A stretch of DNA of 64,000 nt, taken from positions 58,094,001-58,158,000 of the forward strand of contig NC_043000.1 of assembly GCF_006345805.1 (NCBI RefSeq). Direction: 5' to 3'. The notes beneath the pieces were generated by a model. It ran no database searches and was not told where the DNA came from. It was given only the letters and a program-made list of their open reading frames with translations. Positions within the stretch are counted from its first letter, which is position 1, and each line of letters opens with the position of its first letter. The position numbers and the translations under genes are program-made. Shown here in pieces: positions 1 through 11,399 of this stretch. This DNA is from Octopus sinensis (taxonomy: Eukaryota).

Positions 1-380
1 ACAAAGACTCTCTCCATGCAAAAGATAGCCTTTATGAAACGTGTGTGAGGTATGATGATGTGTGATAGTGAGATATGGATACTGAATAGGATAGGTTTTG
101 TTGAGGTTGGAGAGAAGTGGTGATGTATGATCCATTGTATGTGTGACATTAACCTGCAAAAGAAAGCTGTTATATTCATGAATTAAAAGAGCAGCCAGGT
201 ATTAAAAATCTTTGCTAATCTGTTCAGGAGAGATAATTTCCTTGCTATGGTTATGATGGTGATAATGATAATGACGTTGATAATGATATCCAATGGCATA
301 GGCAAAAGGCAGCAAATTGACAGAATTATTAGGGAATCAGAGAAAATCCCAGTAGAACCTAATTCACTCCCTTACTTTAT

Positions 381-766
381 AGGCACTGATGTGGTTGTAT
401 GGTAGGAAGCTTGCTTCCCAGCCACATGGTTCTAGGTTCAGTCCCACTTTGTGGCATCTTGAGCAAGTGTCTTGAGAGTAGATTTGGTAGATGGAAACTG
501 AAAGAAGCCTGTTGTTAGTGTGTGTGTGTATTTGTATGTGTCTTTGTGTCTGCATTTGCCCCACCACTCCCAGTTTGGCAACTAGTGTTGGTGTGTTTAC
601 ATCCCAATAACTTAGTGGTTCAGCAAAAAGAGTCTAGTTGAATAAGTACCAGGTTTAAAATAAAAATAAGAACTGGTTTCGATTAATTTTACTAAAATTC
701 TTCAAGGTAGTGCCCCAGCATGGTCGCAGTGTGATGACTGAAACAAGTAAAAGAAATAAAAGAAAT
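381..766 (+). mobile_element. tRNA-derived SINE, family A (head, internal TG microsatellite, AT-rich tail)
   Basis: Head with A/B-box-like motifs (GTGGTTGTATGGTAGG; GGTTCAGTCCCA), internal (TG)n and tail TGACTGAAACAAGTAAAAGA. The same layout recurs more than 10 times in the window. Confidence 0.85.
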
Positions 767-875
767 AGTAGAAATGCCTTGGCAATGTTTCTTTTGGCCC
801 TCATACACTGAGTTCACTTCAACAACCCTTTTATTCTCTTTGCCTTTTATTCATTCTTGATTGATAAATAATGTA

Positions 876-1760
876 CAGGGTGTCCCAAAAGTCACTAATG
901 GGTTTCAATTTTTTATAACTTCCTTAACTTTACAAATAAATGCATGAAAATTTGATACACTATAAAGAACATAATGGAAATTAATATGCCTAAGTCAAAT
1001 TTTGCAACACCACTACATCACATATGAAAAATGACATTGCTTAAATGGCAGCCATTTTCGTCTTTGCATACCCGTGCTCTTTCCAAAACTTGCACCATAC
1101 ACCCTCAAGAGTTTCAGACCCCACTTCTCTGATTTATCTATTGATGTTCTTCTTCAGTTGCACCAGGGTCTCTGCTTTGTTGGTGTAAACCTTCTCTTTC
1201 AGGTATCCCTACAATAAAAAACCCAGGCTAGTCAAGTCTGGGGAACGTGAAGGCCATTCAGAGTAGACCTCACCCATGGTTCCAGCAAGGTGGGGCAAAT
1301 GTTCACATTGCAAGAGAAGCAAAGCAGTTGCTATGGCAGTGTTTTGGAGACAGAATAATCTCCCGCTATGACAATGTCAACTGGCCTTCAGGTTCCCCAG
1401 ACCTGATTAGCCTGGATTTTTTATTGTGGGGATGCCTGAAAAAGAGAGTTTATGTCAACAAACCAGAGGTCCTGGTGCAATTGAAGAACATCAATAGAGA
1501 AATCAGAGAAGTGGGGTCTGAAACTCTTGAGGGTGTTATGGTGCAAATTTGGGAAAGAGCACGGGTGTGCGAAGCTAAAAATGGCTGCCAATTAGGCGAT
1601 GTCATTTTTCATATGTGATGTAGTGGTGTTGCAAAATCTGACTTGTGCATATTAATTTCCATTGTGTTCTTTATATTGTATCAAAATTTCATGCATTTAT
1701 TTGTAAAGTTAAGGAAATTATTAAAAATTGAAACCCATTTGTGACTTTTGGGACATCCTG
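876..1760. mobile_element. Foldback non-autonomous Tc1/mariner element of rosa (DD41D) type with ~380-bp inverted arms
   Basis: TA at 874-875 and 1761-1762; termini CAGGGTGTCCCAAAAGTCAC / GTGACTTTTGGGACATCCTG. 876-1256 is the reverse complement of 1382-1760. ORF 1247-1618 reads WFQQ(D>G)GA...NWPSGSPDLISLDFLLWG with 41 residues between the second and third catalytic positions. Confidence 0.9.
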
Positions 1761-2015
1761 TATAATATACCAGTTCAGGGTGGTATATTGTTGGAAATGT
1801 TAGACCATTGGATAGGAGGTCTTGTAGTATCTGCTCCAGTTTTGTGCATTCTGATTTCAAATCCCTTTTCCTGTCAAAGAAAACAGGTCCCTTGGGAACT
1901 ACTGGAAAAAATGATGAATGAATTGGAATATTCCTTAAGTAAGTTTTCAAGTATTCACCATACCACCACTCTCAATGGCAGCACACCATCTGGTAGGAGA
2001 AAATGTAAGATGAAT

Positions 2016-2642
2016 TTAATTCTTTAGCATTTAAGCTGGCCATAACCCAGCCTGATATTCTACCTGTTTTATGTTAAAACTGACCTGATTCAGCTCCATG
2101 CACTTGCCCTACAATGTCATTCTAAAAATATACAGGCGCAGGAGTGGCTGTGTGGTAAGTAGCTTGCTAACCAACCACATGGTTCCGGGTTCAGTCCCAC
2201 TGCATGGCATCTTGGTCAAGTGTCTTCTGCTATAGCCCCGGGCTGACCAATGCCTTGTGAGTGGATTTGGTTGATGGAAACTGAAAGAAGCCTGTCATAT
2301 ATATGTATATATATATATGTATGTGTGTATGTGTTTGTCCCCCTAGCATTGCTTGACAACGGATGCTGGTGTGTTTACGTCCCCGTCACTTAGCGGTTCG
2401 GCAAAAGAGACCGATAGAATAAGTACTGGGCTTACAAAGAATAAGTCCTGGGGTTGATTTGCTCGACTAAAGGCTTGCTCCAGCATGGCCGCAGTCAAAT
2501 GACTGAAACAAGTAAAAGAGTAAAAAAGAGTAAAACACACCATGGAAATTTTGAAGCTACAAAATAATGTGTGATTAATTCAAAACAATGTGAATAAATA
2601 AGCATTATATTTGACGAAGAAATCTAAATGCTAAAGGGTTAA
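2016..2642. mobile_element. piggyBac-type MITE (family 1) split by a SINE insertion
   Basis: TTAA...CTTTAGCATTT left end and AAATGCTAAAGGG-TTAA right end. The internal sequence matches 42825-43068 and 36974-37090 and is interrupted at about 2134-2535. Confidence 0.65.
2134..2535 (+). mobile_element. SINE family A, well-preserved copy
   Basis: GGCGCAGGAGTGGCTGTGTGGTAAG head, GGTTCAGTCCC B-box, internal (TA/TG)n and (GAGTAAAA)n tail. Confidence 0.9.
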
Positions 2643-4069
2643 AGCTGTATGCAGTCTCTCTCTCTCTCTCTTTGTGTCTGTCCATCTGTCAGTTGACCTC
2701 TCATATTTTTCTCCCACACACACTTTCTCTCACTCTGTCTCTCTTACATATATACACACACTCACAGACACACACAAACGCACATGTACACTTCCATTTC
2801 TCTCCTTTGCATTTAAATCCTTCTTGAAGTTGACATTGACATTCTCCCTTCTAAAGTTAATAAAATAAGTATCATTTATCTATTAGGATTGATTCAAGTG
2901 GAATATGCCTTCAAATGTGTGGCCTTGTGCCAAAATTAATAAATTAGTATTTTCATGTTTTAAGTGAAAATTAGTTTTACACTTTAAGGCTGCAACTTAT
3001 TCAAATATTTTCATGTTAACAATTCTAGTTGTTACTTTCATTAAAAGTTAAGCCCATCTAATCTGGCATAATGTAGTTGAAGGAATATTGCCAGAAATAC
3101 ACCAATGTCTCATTGAAATGTAAAGTAAGTGTCTGGAATAAAATAACTGGACCTCTCTCAATACATCGTTAATGAAATAACTCTCGTTTTTTAAGATGCT
3201 ATATTGTCATTGCTATTAAACCCCAAGTAATCCCTTATCAGATAGGGCTATGATCAAAGACATTCAAGCCATGTCCAATCAGTTTTTTTTTTATCCAGGC
3301 ATAGTGTAGCTGGACTACATAATCCAATGTATTTCTCTTTAGGACAGCAACTTGTAGTTTGAAGGAAATTTGGCTGCAATTTCAAGTAGGTTATGTATAG
3401 AGGTTCCCTTATTAGTTTGACTTTCAAATTACTATTTATATCTCATATCATTTTACATTGGAAAATCTTCACAATTTATTCAGAAATATTTATTTTTAAT
3501 GTAACCAATGTAAGCCAAAGTTGAGTACTATAGACATGTGTTGCATTAACAAATCTCTCAGCCTGTCTCAAAATGAAAAATTTTAAATAAATACATAACA
3601 CCTCAGTTTGTTGATGGATCAAAAATGTAGATCCTAACAGCATAGAAGGTGAGGAAACTAACAGCAAATGAATGTTATATTTTACTATTTGTGTAAGCTG
3701 AAGAAGAAAAAAATTAAGAAAAAAATACCAAATAATGAGTTCATTGTGTTATTTTATTCATTGTTTTTTGGGGTTTTTTTTCAGGTCTGTTCAGTTTATA
3801 TATCATTTCCAGCTTAGTAGTTATTCTTGAAATGGTTATACATTTATACTCCAACATTATATATTCTTTCAGTACTGCTGATTTGCACCTGGTATGATTT
3901 TAAGCAGCTTCCAATTGTAGGACTCTGGTTTAGAAATTCAAAGGTTTTGAGAAGTATGGAATCACCTCTTAACTGTTATTGTTTCCTGGTCTACTCTGAC
4001 CCAGAGTAATAGCACTTGTCTTGGTTCAATTATAGGTTAATTTGCAAGTCAGTCAGGCAGATGGAGCTC

Positions 4070-4595
4070 ATTAGCCAGGTAGGACAGACTATCCAGAGGA
4101 AGGAAAACCCAGATTCCAAACTGCTGCTGCCTTGCAGCCATATGCAGTCATGGGAATAATTTTGAGAGTAAACCCTAAGAAAAATTGTGGGTTGGAGCCC
4201 TGGGGCAGTTTAACATTGTCTTCAACCTCATTCTGACAACTCCTGAAATGGCTTTAGTACCAAATTATATTGTCATGCTGTTTCTTTGGATGGTGGAGAG
4301 GGGGCATACTTCATATGCAGCAACCTGTCCTCCATACCATACTATCTAGGCTTGGATCCTATTGAACATCCTATACCAGAAAGAAAACTGACCAGATCCA
4401 ACCCCTCCCACCTGCCCTACAATGTCATTCTAAAAATATACAAATGCACCATTGAAAGCTTGAAAACACTTGCTTTACATTAGCCAGGAGGGACAAATTA
4501 TCTAGAGGAAGGGAAACCCAAATTCCAAACTGCTGCTGCCTTGAAGCCATATATAGCCATGGGAATGGCTTTGTGAGTAAACCCTGAAGAAAAAT
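4070..4595 (+). repeat. Two diverged ~115-bp direct copies (4070-4186, 4479-4595) of an interspersed repeat
   Basis: ATTAGCCAGG...CCAAACTGCTGCTGCCTTG.AGCCATAT...GAGTAAACCCT occurs twice, with a piggyBac-MITE fragment between the copies. Confidence 0.6.
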
Positions 4596-4729
4596 CAGGG
4601 CATACAACCAGGACCTTTATCCATGGTCACTAGCAACAGATGGAGACCAGAAATATTAAAAAAAGAAAAACAAATAAAATTTTTTTAAAATTCTATCTAT
4701 GATGTGAGATAGGTCTCTGTTGGAATTTC

Positions 4730-4985
4730 TAGTTATGACCATAAAATCATGGTTTCAATTCCCAAGCTGGACAGTGCATTGTATTCTTGAGCAAGACACT
4801 TAATTTCCTGTTGCTGCTCTGCTCCATTCCACTCAGCTGTAAATATGTTCCTGCAATAGCTAGGAAGTTAACTCTGCAATTGACCAGCATCCTGTTCAGG
4901 AGTGAGTATTATAATCTCACTTATATATATATGTCAGGGAAACTGGATTAAGTTCTGCCCTAATGAGTCATATGGCTCATGGCAA
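4730..4985 (+). mobile_element. tRNA-derived SINE, family C (CORE-like central motif)
   Basis: GGTTTCAATTCCC B-box followed by TTCTTGAGCAAGACACTT...CCACTCAGCTG; similar to 14610-14765 and 25024-25268. Confidence 0.65.
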
Positions 4986-5214
4986 GTCAAAGATCAACTG
5001 AATTAGTGCAAAAGTGTGTGTCATATGACTGAAACTTTAAGATAATGATATAATCCAATGGGCCTTCATACAGTTTGTATTTACACTGTTTCATTCACAG
5101 AGCTTGGGTTGACCTAAGGCTGTTGTAAAATATACTTGCCCAAGATGCCACATTGTGAAATTGAGCCAATGACATGGTGACTATGAAACAAACTTCTTGG
5201 ACATTTGGCAATAT

Positions 5215-5567
5215 TGCATGGCCGTAGCCAGCACCGCCCTGACTGGCCTCCGTGCCGGTGGCACGTAAAAAGCACCATCTGATCGTGGCCATTGCCAGCT
5301 TCGTCTGGTCTCTGTGCCGGTGGCACGTAAAAAGCACCATCCGATCGTGGCCGCTTGCCAGCCTTGTCTGGCACCTGTGCTGGTGGCACGTAAAAAGCAC
5401 CCACTACACTCACAGAGTGGTTGGCGTTAGGAAGGGCATCCAGCTGTAGAAACACTACCAGATCAGACTGGGCCTAGTGCAGCCTTCTGGCTTCCCAGAC
5501 CCCAGTTGAACTGTTGAACCCATGCTAGCATGGAAAGCGGACGTTAAACGATGATGATGATGATGAT
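5215..5567 (+). mobile_element. SINE-like family B with three ~58-bp internal repeats and (GAT)n tail
   Basis: GTGCCGGTGGCACGTAAAAAGCACC occurs three times, followed by GGAAGGGCATCCAGCTGTAGAAA...GGACGTTAAACGATGATGATG. Confidence 0.85.
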
Positions 5568-5569
5568 TC

Positions 5570-5852
5570 GCCTGACTGGCACACATGCCGGGGGCATATC
5601 AGATGTACCATTTGAGTGGGGCTGATGCCAATGCTGCCTAACTGGCACCCATGCTGGTGACACATGAAAAGCACCTACTACACTCTCAGAGTGGTTGACA
5701 TTAGGAAGAGCATCCAGCAGTAGAAACCTCGCCAAGTCAGATTGGAGCCTGGTGCAGCATCCTAGCGTACCAGTTCTCAGTGAAATCGTTCAACCCATGC
5801 CAGCATGGAAAGCAGTCCTTAAATGACAATGATGGTGATGATGATGATGACA
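5570..5852 (+). mobile_element. SINE-like family B, second tandem copy
   Basis: Same 3' module (GGAAGAGCATCCAGCAGTAGAAA...TAAATGACAATGATGG) directly after the first copy. Confidence 0.75.
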
Positions 5853-5859
5853 GAATCAC

Positions 5860-6050
5860 TAGCATGCTGGGAAAAATGCTTAGCGACATTTCATCCATCT
5901 TTTATACTCTGAGATCAAATCCTGCCAAGGTGGACTTTGCTTTCATAATTTGCGGCCCAATAAAATAAATACCAAAGTAGTACTGGAGTTGATTGATTTG
6001 ACTAACCCTCTCCAGAATTTATGGCTTTGTGCCAATGTATGTAATCATAA
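5860..6050 (+). mobile_element. SINE family D (Meta-domain-like), degenerate
   Basis: GAGATCAAATCCTGCCAAGGTGGACTTTGCTTTC... matches the better copies at 17409 and 52655. Confidence 0.6.
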
Positions 6051-6235
6051 TTACTATTGTCAGAATAATTATATATTAAATCTTAAATATAGATTCCTCC
6101 CCACCTCAGTATTGAGGAGGGGATAGAACTGATTGAACCAAACTTTAATTGAATAATTTCTTCTACATGATTGGGCTATAGGGAGATGAAATGTAAAGTC
6201 AATCAGACTTGATAAAATAAGCAAGGGAATGCCTT

Positions 6236-6309
6236 CCTCTCTTCTTCTTCTTCTTCTTCTTCTTCTTCTTCTTCTTCTTCTTCTTCTTCTTCTTCTTCTT
6301 CTTCTTCTC
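6236..6309. repeat. (CTT)n microsatellite
   Basis: Uninterrupted CTT run; source of the poly-Arg ORF 6069-6311. Confidence 0.95.
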
Positions 6310-6551
6310 ACAAATAGTTTTGTTGATGAAAGTGTAAGATAAAAATAATAAAATGTAGGTTTAGTGTGTTCAATAAAAACATAGAGAAAGATGTGTTAAA
6401 TATCAAAATACAAATGAATTCCACTTAGAATGAATTTCTTATGAAAGGTTTGTCATTTGAAGGTTTTCTTTTATAAGCAAAGAATGAAATTCAAATGTGT
6501 TATTAACATCATAAGGATTCATAAATTTTCAAGAGAAAGTGAAATAATTCT

Positions 6552-6957
6552 TTTTTGGAACAGTTGATCTTGAAGCATATAAAGCTATAAATAACAGCAT
6601 ATAAATATTAGGTTAAAAAACCCTTTGGATAGAAAATGTTGAAAGCTGCCTGTGGGACTTGAACCCACATCTGTAGACATGACAGAATTATTTCATGTTC
6701 TCTTGTAAGTTTGTAAATTCTTTTGATTTAAACAATATACAATCTTTACAGGTAAAGATAAAGTTTCAAAAAATGAAGATAGAAGTTTGAAGGATTGCTT
6801 TGGTTCAATGGTAGAATGCTTCACATATTTACAGAAGATGTGGTTTCAAGTCCCATTGGGAGCTTTAAACTTTTTCTATTCAAAAAGGTTTTTCAACCCA
6901 TTATTAACATGCTATTATTTATAGCTTTAAGTACTTTGAGATCCATTGTTCCAAAAA
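6552..6957. mobile_element. Foldback/MITE-like element with ~130-bp inverted arms containing tRNA-like B-boxes
   Basis: 6552-6680 is a diverged reverse complement of about 6825-6957. The right arm region reads TGGTTCAATGGTAGAATG...GGTTTCAAGTCCC (A- and B-box-like). Confidence 0.65.
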
Positions 6958-8019
6958 CAAACAAATAAATATATTTTTAACATTTGAAGCTCAGATTTCA
7001 ATTTTTTTTTTATTGAATTTTAATCTAAAATTCAAATTTAAATTTTACTACAAAAACTGTTTTTGGATTTAATTCTTCTTTATGACTTCAGTTGGTTAGA
7101 AAATACTAATTTTTACCTGTTATCAGTTCAAATTCAGTTTTGAATCACTGATTTTATTTACTGTAAGGTTATTTAGTTGGTTGATTGGTAGCATCAGTAG
7201 AGCATCAGACAACTGTTTTGAGGTAGGTGACCTGACTCTTTGTGTTCTGAGTATAAATTTCACTAAGGCCAACTTTGTTTTTCATCCTTTTGGGATCAGT
7301 ATGTAATGCAATACTAGAATGATTCTTCTCACTGTCATTCACTTTCAGTCTCTCAGAATCAGCTACGTTGCACTGTGAGTGGGGTATAGGTGAACCATTC
7401 GCTGTGCCCCTTCATTTCATGAAATCAAAGAAAGTTGAGTGAGGAGCTAGCAACTTCTCCTCAACTAGCATGCTGTAAATGCTATCCAGAAGATGCAGGG
7501 GAAACAGCAGGTATAAAGGAACCAATGTGATAAACATCACAGAACAAGTAAAATAAAAAAAAAATGAAAGCAAACAAAAAACCCCAAAAGCAAAACCAAA
7601 AGCAAACAAGAAACAAACATTATTTACCATTTGAGTTTTATCTGTTCATCATAAAACAGTAATTTTTCAAGCATTTGCATTTTTGTGGTATTTCAACCAT
7701 GATTTCATTATAGATGTAGTGGACAAATTTTTAATAATGTTTATTTTTATTTTTATTGACTTCCAACTTTAGGATTCATAGATTTCAGTGAATATGATAG
7801 AGTAATGTTCATGATTTTCTGAAGATCATTAAATTACTTCATCAGCACCCATTAATCTAGTATTTTATTTTCCTATACTGATGACAAAATATTCATCATA
7901 TTTGAATAATTACCTAATTCCTTTTCCTGGTGCACCACATTATTATCTACTGACCATATCAAAAATAAAAGAAAATAGCAATCTTTGACTAACTTCCCAG
8001 ATTTTAAGAATGATTTCAT

Positions 8020-8650
8020 CATGATCGTCATCATTTAACGTCCATTTCCATGCTGGCATGGGTTGGACTATTTGACTGAGGGCTGGAAAGCCAGCAGCTG
8101 TACCAGGCACCAAAACTGATCTGGCAATATTTCTACAGCTGGATGCTCTTCCTAACGTCAACCACTCTGAGAGTGTAGTAAGTGCTTTTTATGTTCCACC
8201 AGCACAGGAGTCAGTCAAGCAGGCCTGGCATTGACCACATTCAGATGGTACTTTTTATGTGCCACTGGCACAGGAGCCATTCAGGGGGCACTAGCATCAA
8301 CCACTTTTGCATGGTGCATTTTATGTGTCACCGGCAAGGGGGCCAGTCAGGGGTACTGACCACAGCTACAATTTTGGTTATACTTGATTCAACAGGTCTT
8401 TCTAAGCATATCATATCGCTCAATGCATGAAGGGTACTTTTAAATGGACCAGACATGCAACACTGGCATCGGACATGGCTGCAATCTCACTTCATTTGAT
8501 GGGTCTTCTCAATCACAGCATATCTCCAAAGGTCTTGGTCTCCTGTCATTGCCTCTGTGAAGCCCAATGTTCAAAGGTCATGCTTCACCTCATCCCATGT
8601 CTTCCTGGGTCTACCTCTTCCATAAATTCTTTCCACAGTTAGAGTGTGGC
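8020..8650 (-). mobile_element. SINE-like family B, long copy, minus strand
   Basis: CATCATTTAACGTCCATTTCCATGCTGGCATGGGTTGGA is the reverse complement of the family B tail; internal GGCAC repeats are present. Confidence 0.8.
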
Positions 8651-8989
8651 ACTTCCTCACACAGCTGTTCTAAAAAAAAAAAATATAATAATAATTATGC
8701 AGCAGAATCACTTAAAAACATTCTTAAGAATTCTATCAGCATCTCAAATAGTTTGTTGAAAAATGCTAATTGCTGGTACTGAATATTTACTGCAAAGAAT
8801 TTGCAATAATTACATTTAGCTGCTTAACATAGACTTTTACATTAAAGCTACTTTTCTTTTTTACATTTTTGCTTATTTCTTAGTTGTACCAATACTGTAG
8901 CATGGACTGCAACCATGCTACAGTATGGGCTTGAAAGATTTCGTTGAAAATATTGAGCTCAGTATTTATTTTACTGAGTCTATGAAAAG

Positions 8990-9480
8990 AACCTTTGAAA
9001 GCATCCTCCAAAAGGGATATACCCATCTTGTCTCTTTCAACAGCAAGAAAACAGAAACGCTATCCATATCAAGAAAATATTGCATCACACTCATCTTAAT
9101 AATCAACATTACTCAACTAAAGCTTTCAAAATCACTTCAGTCATAGGGTCTCACTATCACGGAGGAAGTTGCTAGTAAAAACACATCTCTAACATAGCTA
9201 GGGCTGTATTCTAATGACTGGCCTTCTCTTCAGAGGATACTTCAACCCATATCTATTGTTGATACTTTACAAGGCTTAAATGAGTCTCACAATGGGGATT
9301 TTCTCTCATGTCTGGGATGGTACTGCTGTTGCACACTTAGATTGCATAATCAAGGATAGAGCTACTCAAATTTTTGACATAAAGACACTCACAAACATAC
9401 TCCAATTTCTGGCTCATGGGTGCACTATCTTCTCTCTCAGTCATTACTTTTGCTACAATAATGGCATCTGTTTCTAGGTT
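8990..9480 (+). pseudogene. CR1/L2-like LINE reverse transcriptase C-terminal relic
   Basis: Translations LVSFNSKKTETLSISRK and FSHVWDG...HLD...RA...LT..LQ.LAH resemble the post-RT region of CR1/L2-clade ORF2; multiple stops and frameshifts. Confidence 0.6.
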
Positions 9481-9494
9481 CTGAATTGGAAATT

Positions 9495-9870
9495 ATGGAA
9501 GAAGAGCTTTAATTCATATGGAGCAGCAGCCTGGACATTTACAAAAATACTGGATCTAAGCTTGATGGAACTACACTTGAATGTTAGGAGCAGTCTTAAA
9601 TATATCTTGGAAATCTCATCCACCAAGAAATAGCTATATGAAGATCTGCTGTTTCCATTAATACAAGAGAAAGGCACTTGTGCTTTGCAGGACATTGCTG
9701 GCAAGTAAAATAAGAGCTGGCAAGGAACCTACTGCTATGGATGCCAAAGCATGACTGTACTTGAGCAGGTCATCTGAACACAGCATATGTAGATCAACTC
9801 ACAGAGTCATTGGGTGCCTCCCCAAGGACCCCACTCCTGCCATCCTCAACTAATGCAACACCTAGATGGA
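9495..9870 (+). pseudogene. RTE/RTE-X LINE ORF 3' relic
   Basis: YGAAAWTFTK...SHPPRNSYMK...ALCFAGHCW...LLWMPKH pattern across frames resembles the RTE-X C-terminus (YGAEAWTLT...LRFAGHCWR...LLW). Confidence 0.55.
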
Positions 9871-10208
9871 AGGTATTCTTGGGTTAAAAGTGTCCAAGCA
9901 AGTTCAACAAGATGATGATGAATACAGAGCAGATGGTGTTCATTATTTTCCTCTATTCTTTTTCATGCTGTAGTCTTTGGAAGGTGGCTGAACTGTGACA
10001 CAACCTACAAGAGACTTTAGTTGATTATATTGATTTCATGCTTTGTCGGTAATTCTTCTATCAACCTAGTAACAAGAAAAAAACAAAAACAAAATGACTA
10101 AGTCTAAGTTGGCATAAAATGATATAATTAGGACTAAGTATCACTTGTGTTCAGCCATCTCTTTTTAATATGCACATAGCATGGAGAACGGACGTTAAAC
10201 GATGATGA

Positions 10209-10244
<36 letters not shown>

Positions 10245-10245
<1 letters not shown>

Positions 10246-10597
10246 CAGGGTGCAGTGAATAAACTGTCAGCTAAATTATGCAAAAGTGAAAATAACACTC
10301 AAAACAGCTAATCATAAAATCTCAAGAAAAGATAAAGTAGTAACATATACTAAACAGTAAAGTGAGTAGCCACATCAAAGTGGCAGTTGAATGTTACTAC
10401 TAGTTTAACCCTAGGCAGATTCTCCACCAGTAGGTTTTCAGTGCAATGCTCTGCACCCTTTATATACAATACGTCATTAGCAGGGGGAATGAACCCCTAC
10501 TGCCTCTAGCAGCTAACAGGATCATGGTACTGGCCCAGTTTTGAGCTATTTTGCTCATCCTCAGCCATGTGCACCTGATGTCTTATTTTAACAGATA
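10245..10597 (-). mobile_element. Penelope-pLTR-like fragment carrying a hammerhead motif, ending in (TA)n
   Basis: Hammerhead at 10523-10569. The minus-strand 3' end runs into (TA)n at 10211-10241, and the upstream side is cut by a mariner at about 10598. Confidence 0.55.
10523..10569 (-). ncRNA. Type I hammerhead ribozyme, G12>A decayed
   Basis: CATGG-CUGAGGA-U-GAGC(AAAAUA)GCUC-AAAA-CUGG(G)CCAG-UA-CCAUG: all three stems pair and only G12 of GAAA is altered. Confidence 0.7.
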
Positions 10598-10599
10598 CT

Positions 10600-11110
10600 A
10601 GGTCTGATCAATAAGTATCCAGACTGTTGCCATAGTAACAAAGCTAAAGCATGTAGAGTGAAGCCATTTGGCAAAGAGTGACTTTAAACTCTGCTGTGCA
10701 TGCACACTAAGTTTTAGTATTCTAGCTTATTTCTGCTGTTTACAGTAGTGCTTGGAAGGAAGGTGTGTAGTATGTGATCATCACATTGACCATGACAGAG
10801 AAAGTTGTCATGGCGGTACCTGCTCAGTGGCCTACACAAAGTTGCACAAAGTGTATGGAGTATAGTGTATGAGCTGCACATAAGTGTACAAGTGGTTCAG
10901 ACATTTCCAAGACAGCCGAAAAAATGTCAATACTGACAAATCTTCTGGATGACCGGGAAGCAGCAGGACGGAGAAAAACATTGCAGATGTGCATGCAACT
11001 GTGAATGGAAATCATCGAATCACCAACTGTAAGTTATCAGAGGATGTACAGATTAGTTACAGTTCTGCTCAGTCCATTATCAGGGCAGCGCTACCTCCTC
11101 CAGGCACTTG
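10600..11110 (+). pseudogene. mariner (DD34D-type) 5' relic with HTH region
   Basis: TA-CTAGGTCTGATCAATAAGTATCC terminus; translation VYKWFRHFQDSRKNVNTDKSSG...RITNCKLSEDVQISYSSAQSII matches the mariner second HTH. Confidence 0.7.
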
Positions 11111-11399
11111 ATGTAGACCTTTGTGTTGAGACTGAGGCCATGTGGGAAAATGAATGGGGGCCTAACATTGCCATCACTAGTGATCACTCCAAACATCATG
11201 ATGTTGACTAGATGTTTGATTTTTATCACTCTCCTCAGATTGCACTGTCCTCAGATTGGTACACAAACACTCTGAAATGTTCATATCGGAGCTTCTAGCA
11301 TGAATGCCAAGCAGTACAGCAAGTCAGTTACAAATTTCTGGCAGAGTGAATTGCATCATGGTACTGTTTTTCTTACAGACAATGCCTGACTAACCTTAC

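Noticed and set aside
3785-3891. Candidate + strand exon (poly-T/CAG acceptor, GLFSLYIISSLVVILEMVIHLYSNIIYSFSTADLHL, GTATGA donor)
   Set aside because: No recognisable protein family, no linked exons identified, and the donor overlaps the start of a repeat-like segment; it needs RNA-seq.
5245-5405. Regularly spaced ~25-bp repeats with ~33-bp spacers resembling a CRISPR array
   Set aside because: The spacers are similar to each other, the unit is part of a dispersed eukaryotic SINE-like family, and there are no cas genes.
7810-7900. CTGANGA hits here and at about 16884, 28489, 31302, 41035, 52022 and 58199
   Set aside because: Each lacks a correctly placed GAAA and/or stems I and III, so they are not hammerheads.
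10245-10275. TA-CAGGGTG start resembling a Tc1/mariner TIR
   Set aside because: No matching inverted end was found, and the segment is better explained as the (TA)n-abutting 3' end of the hammerhead-bearing element.
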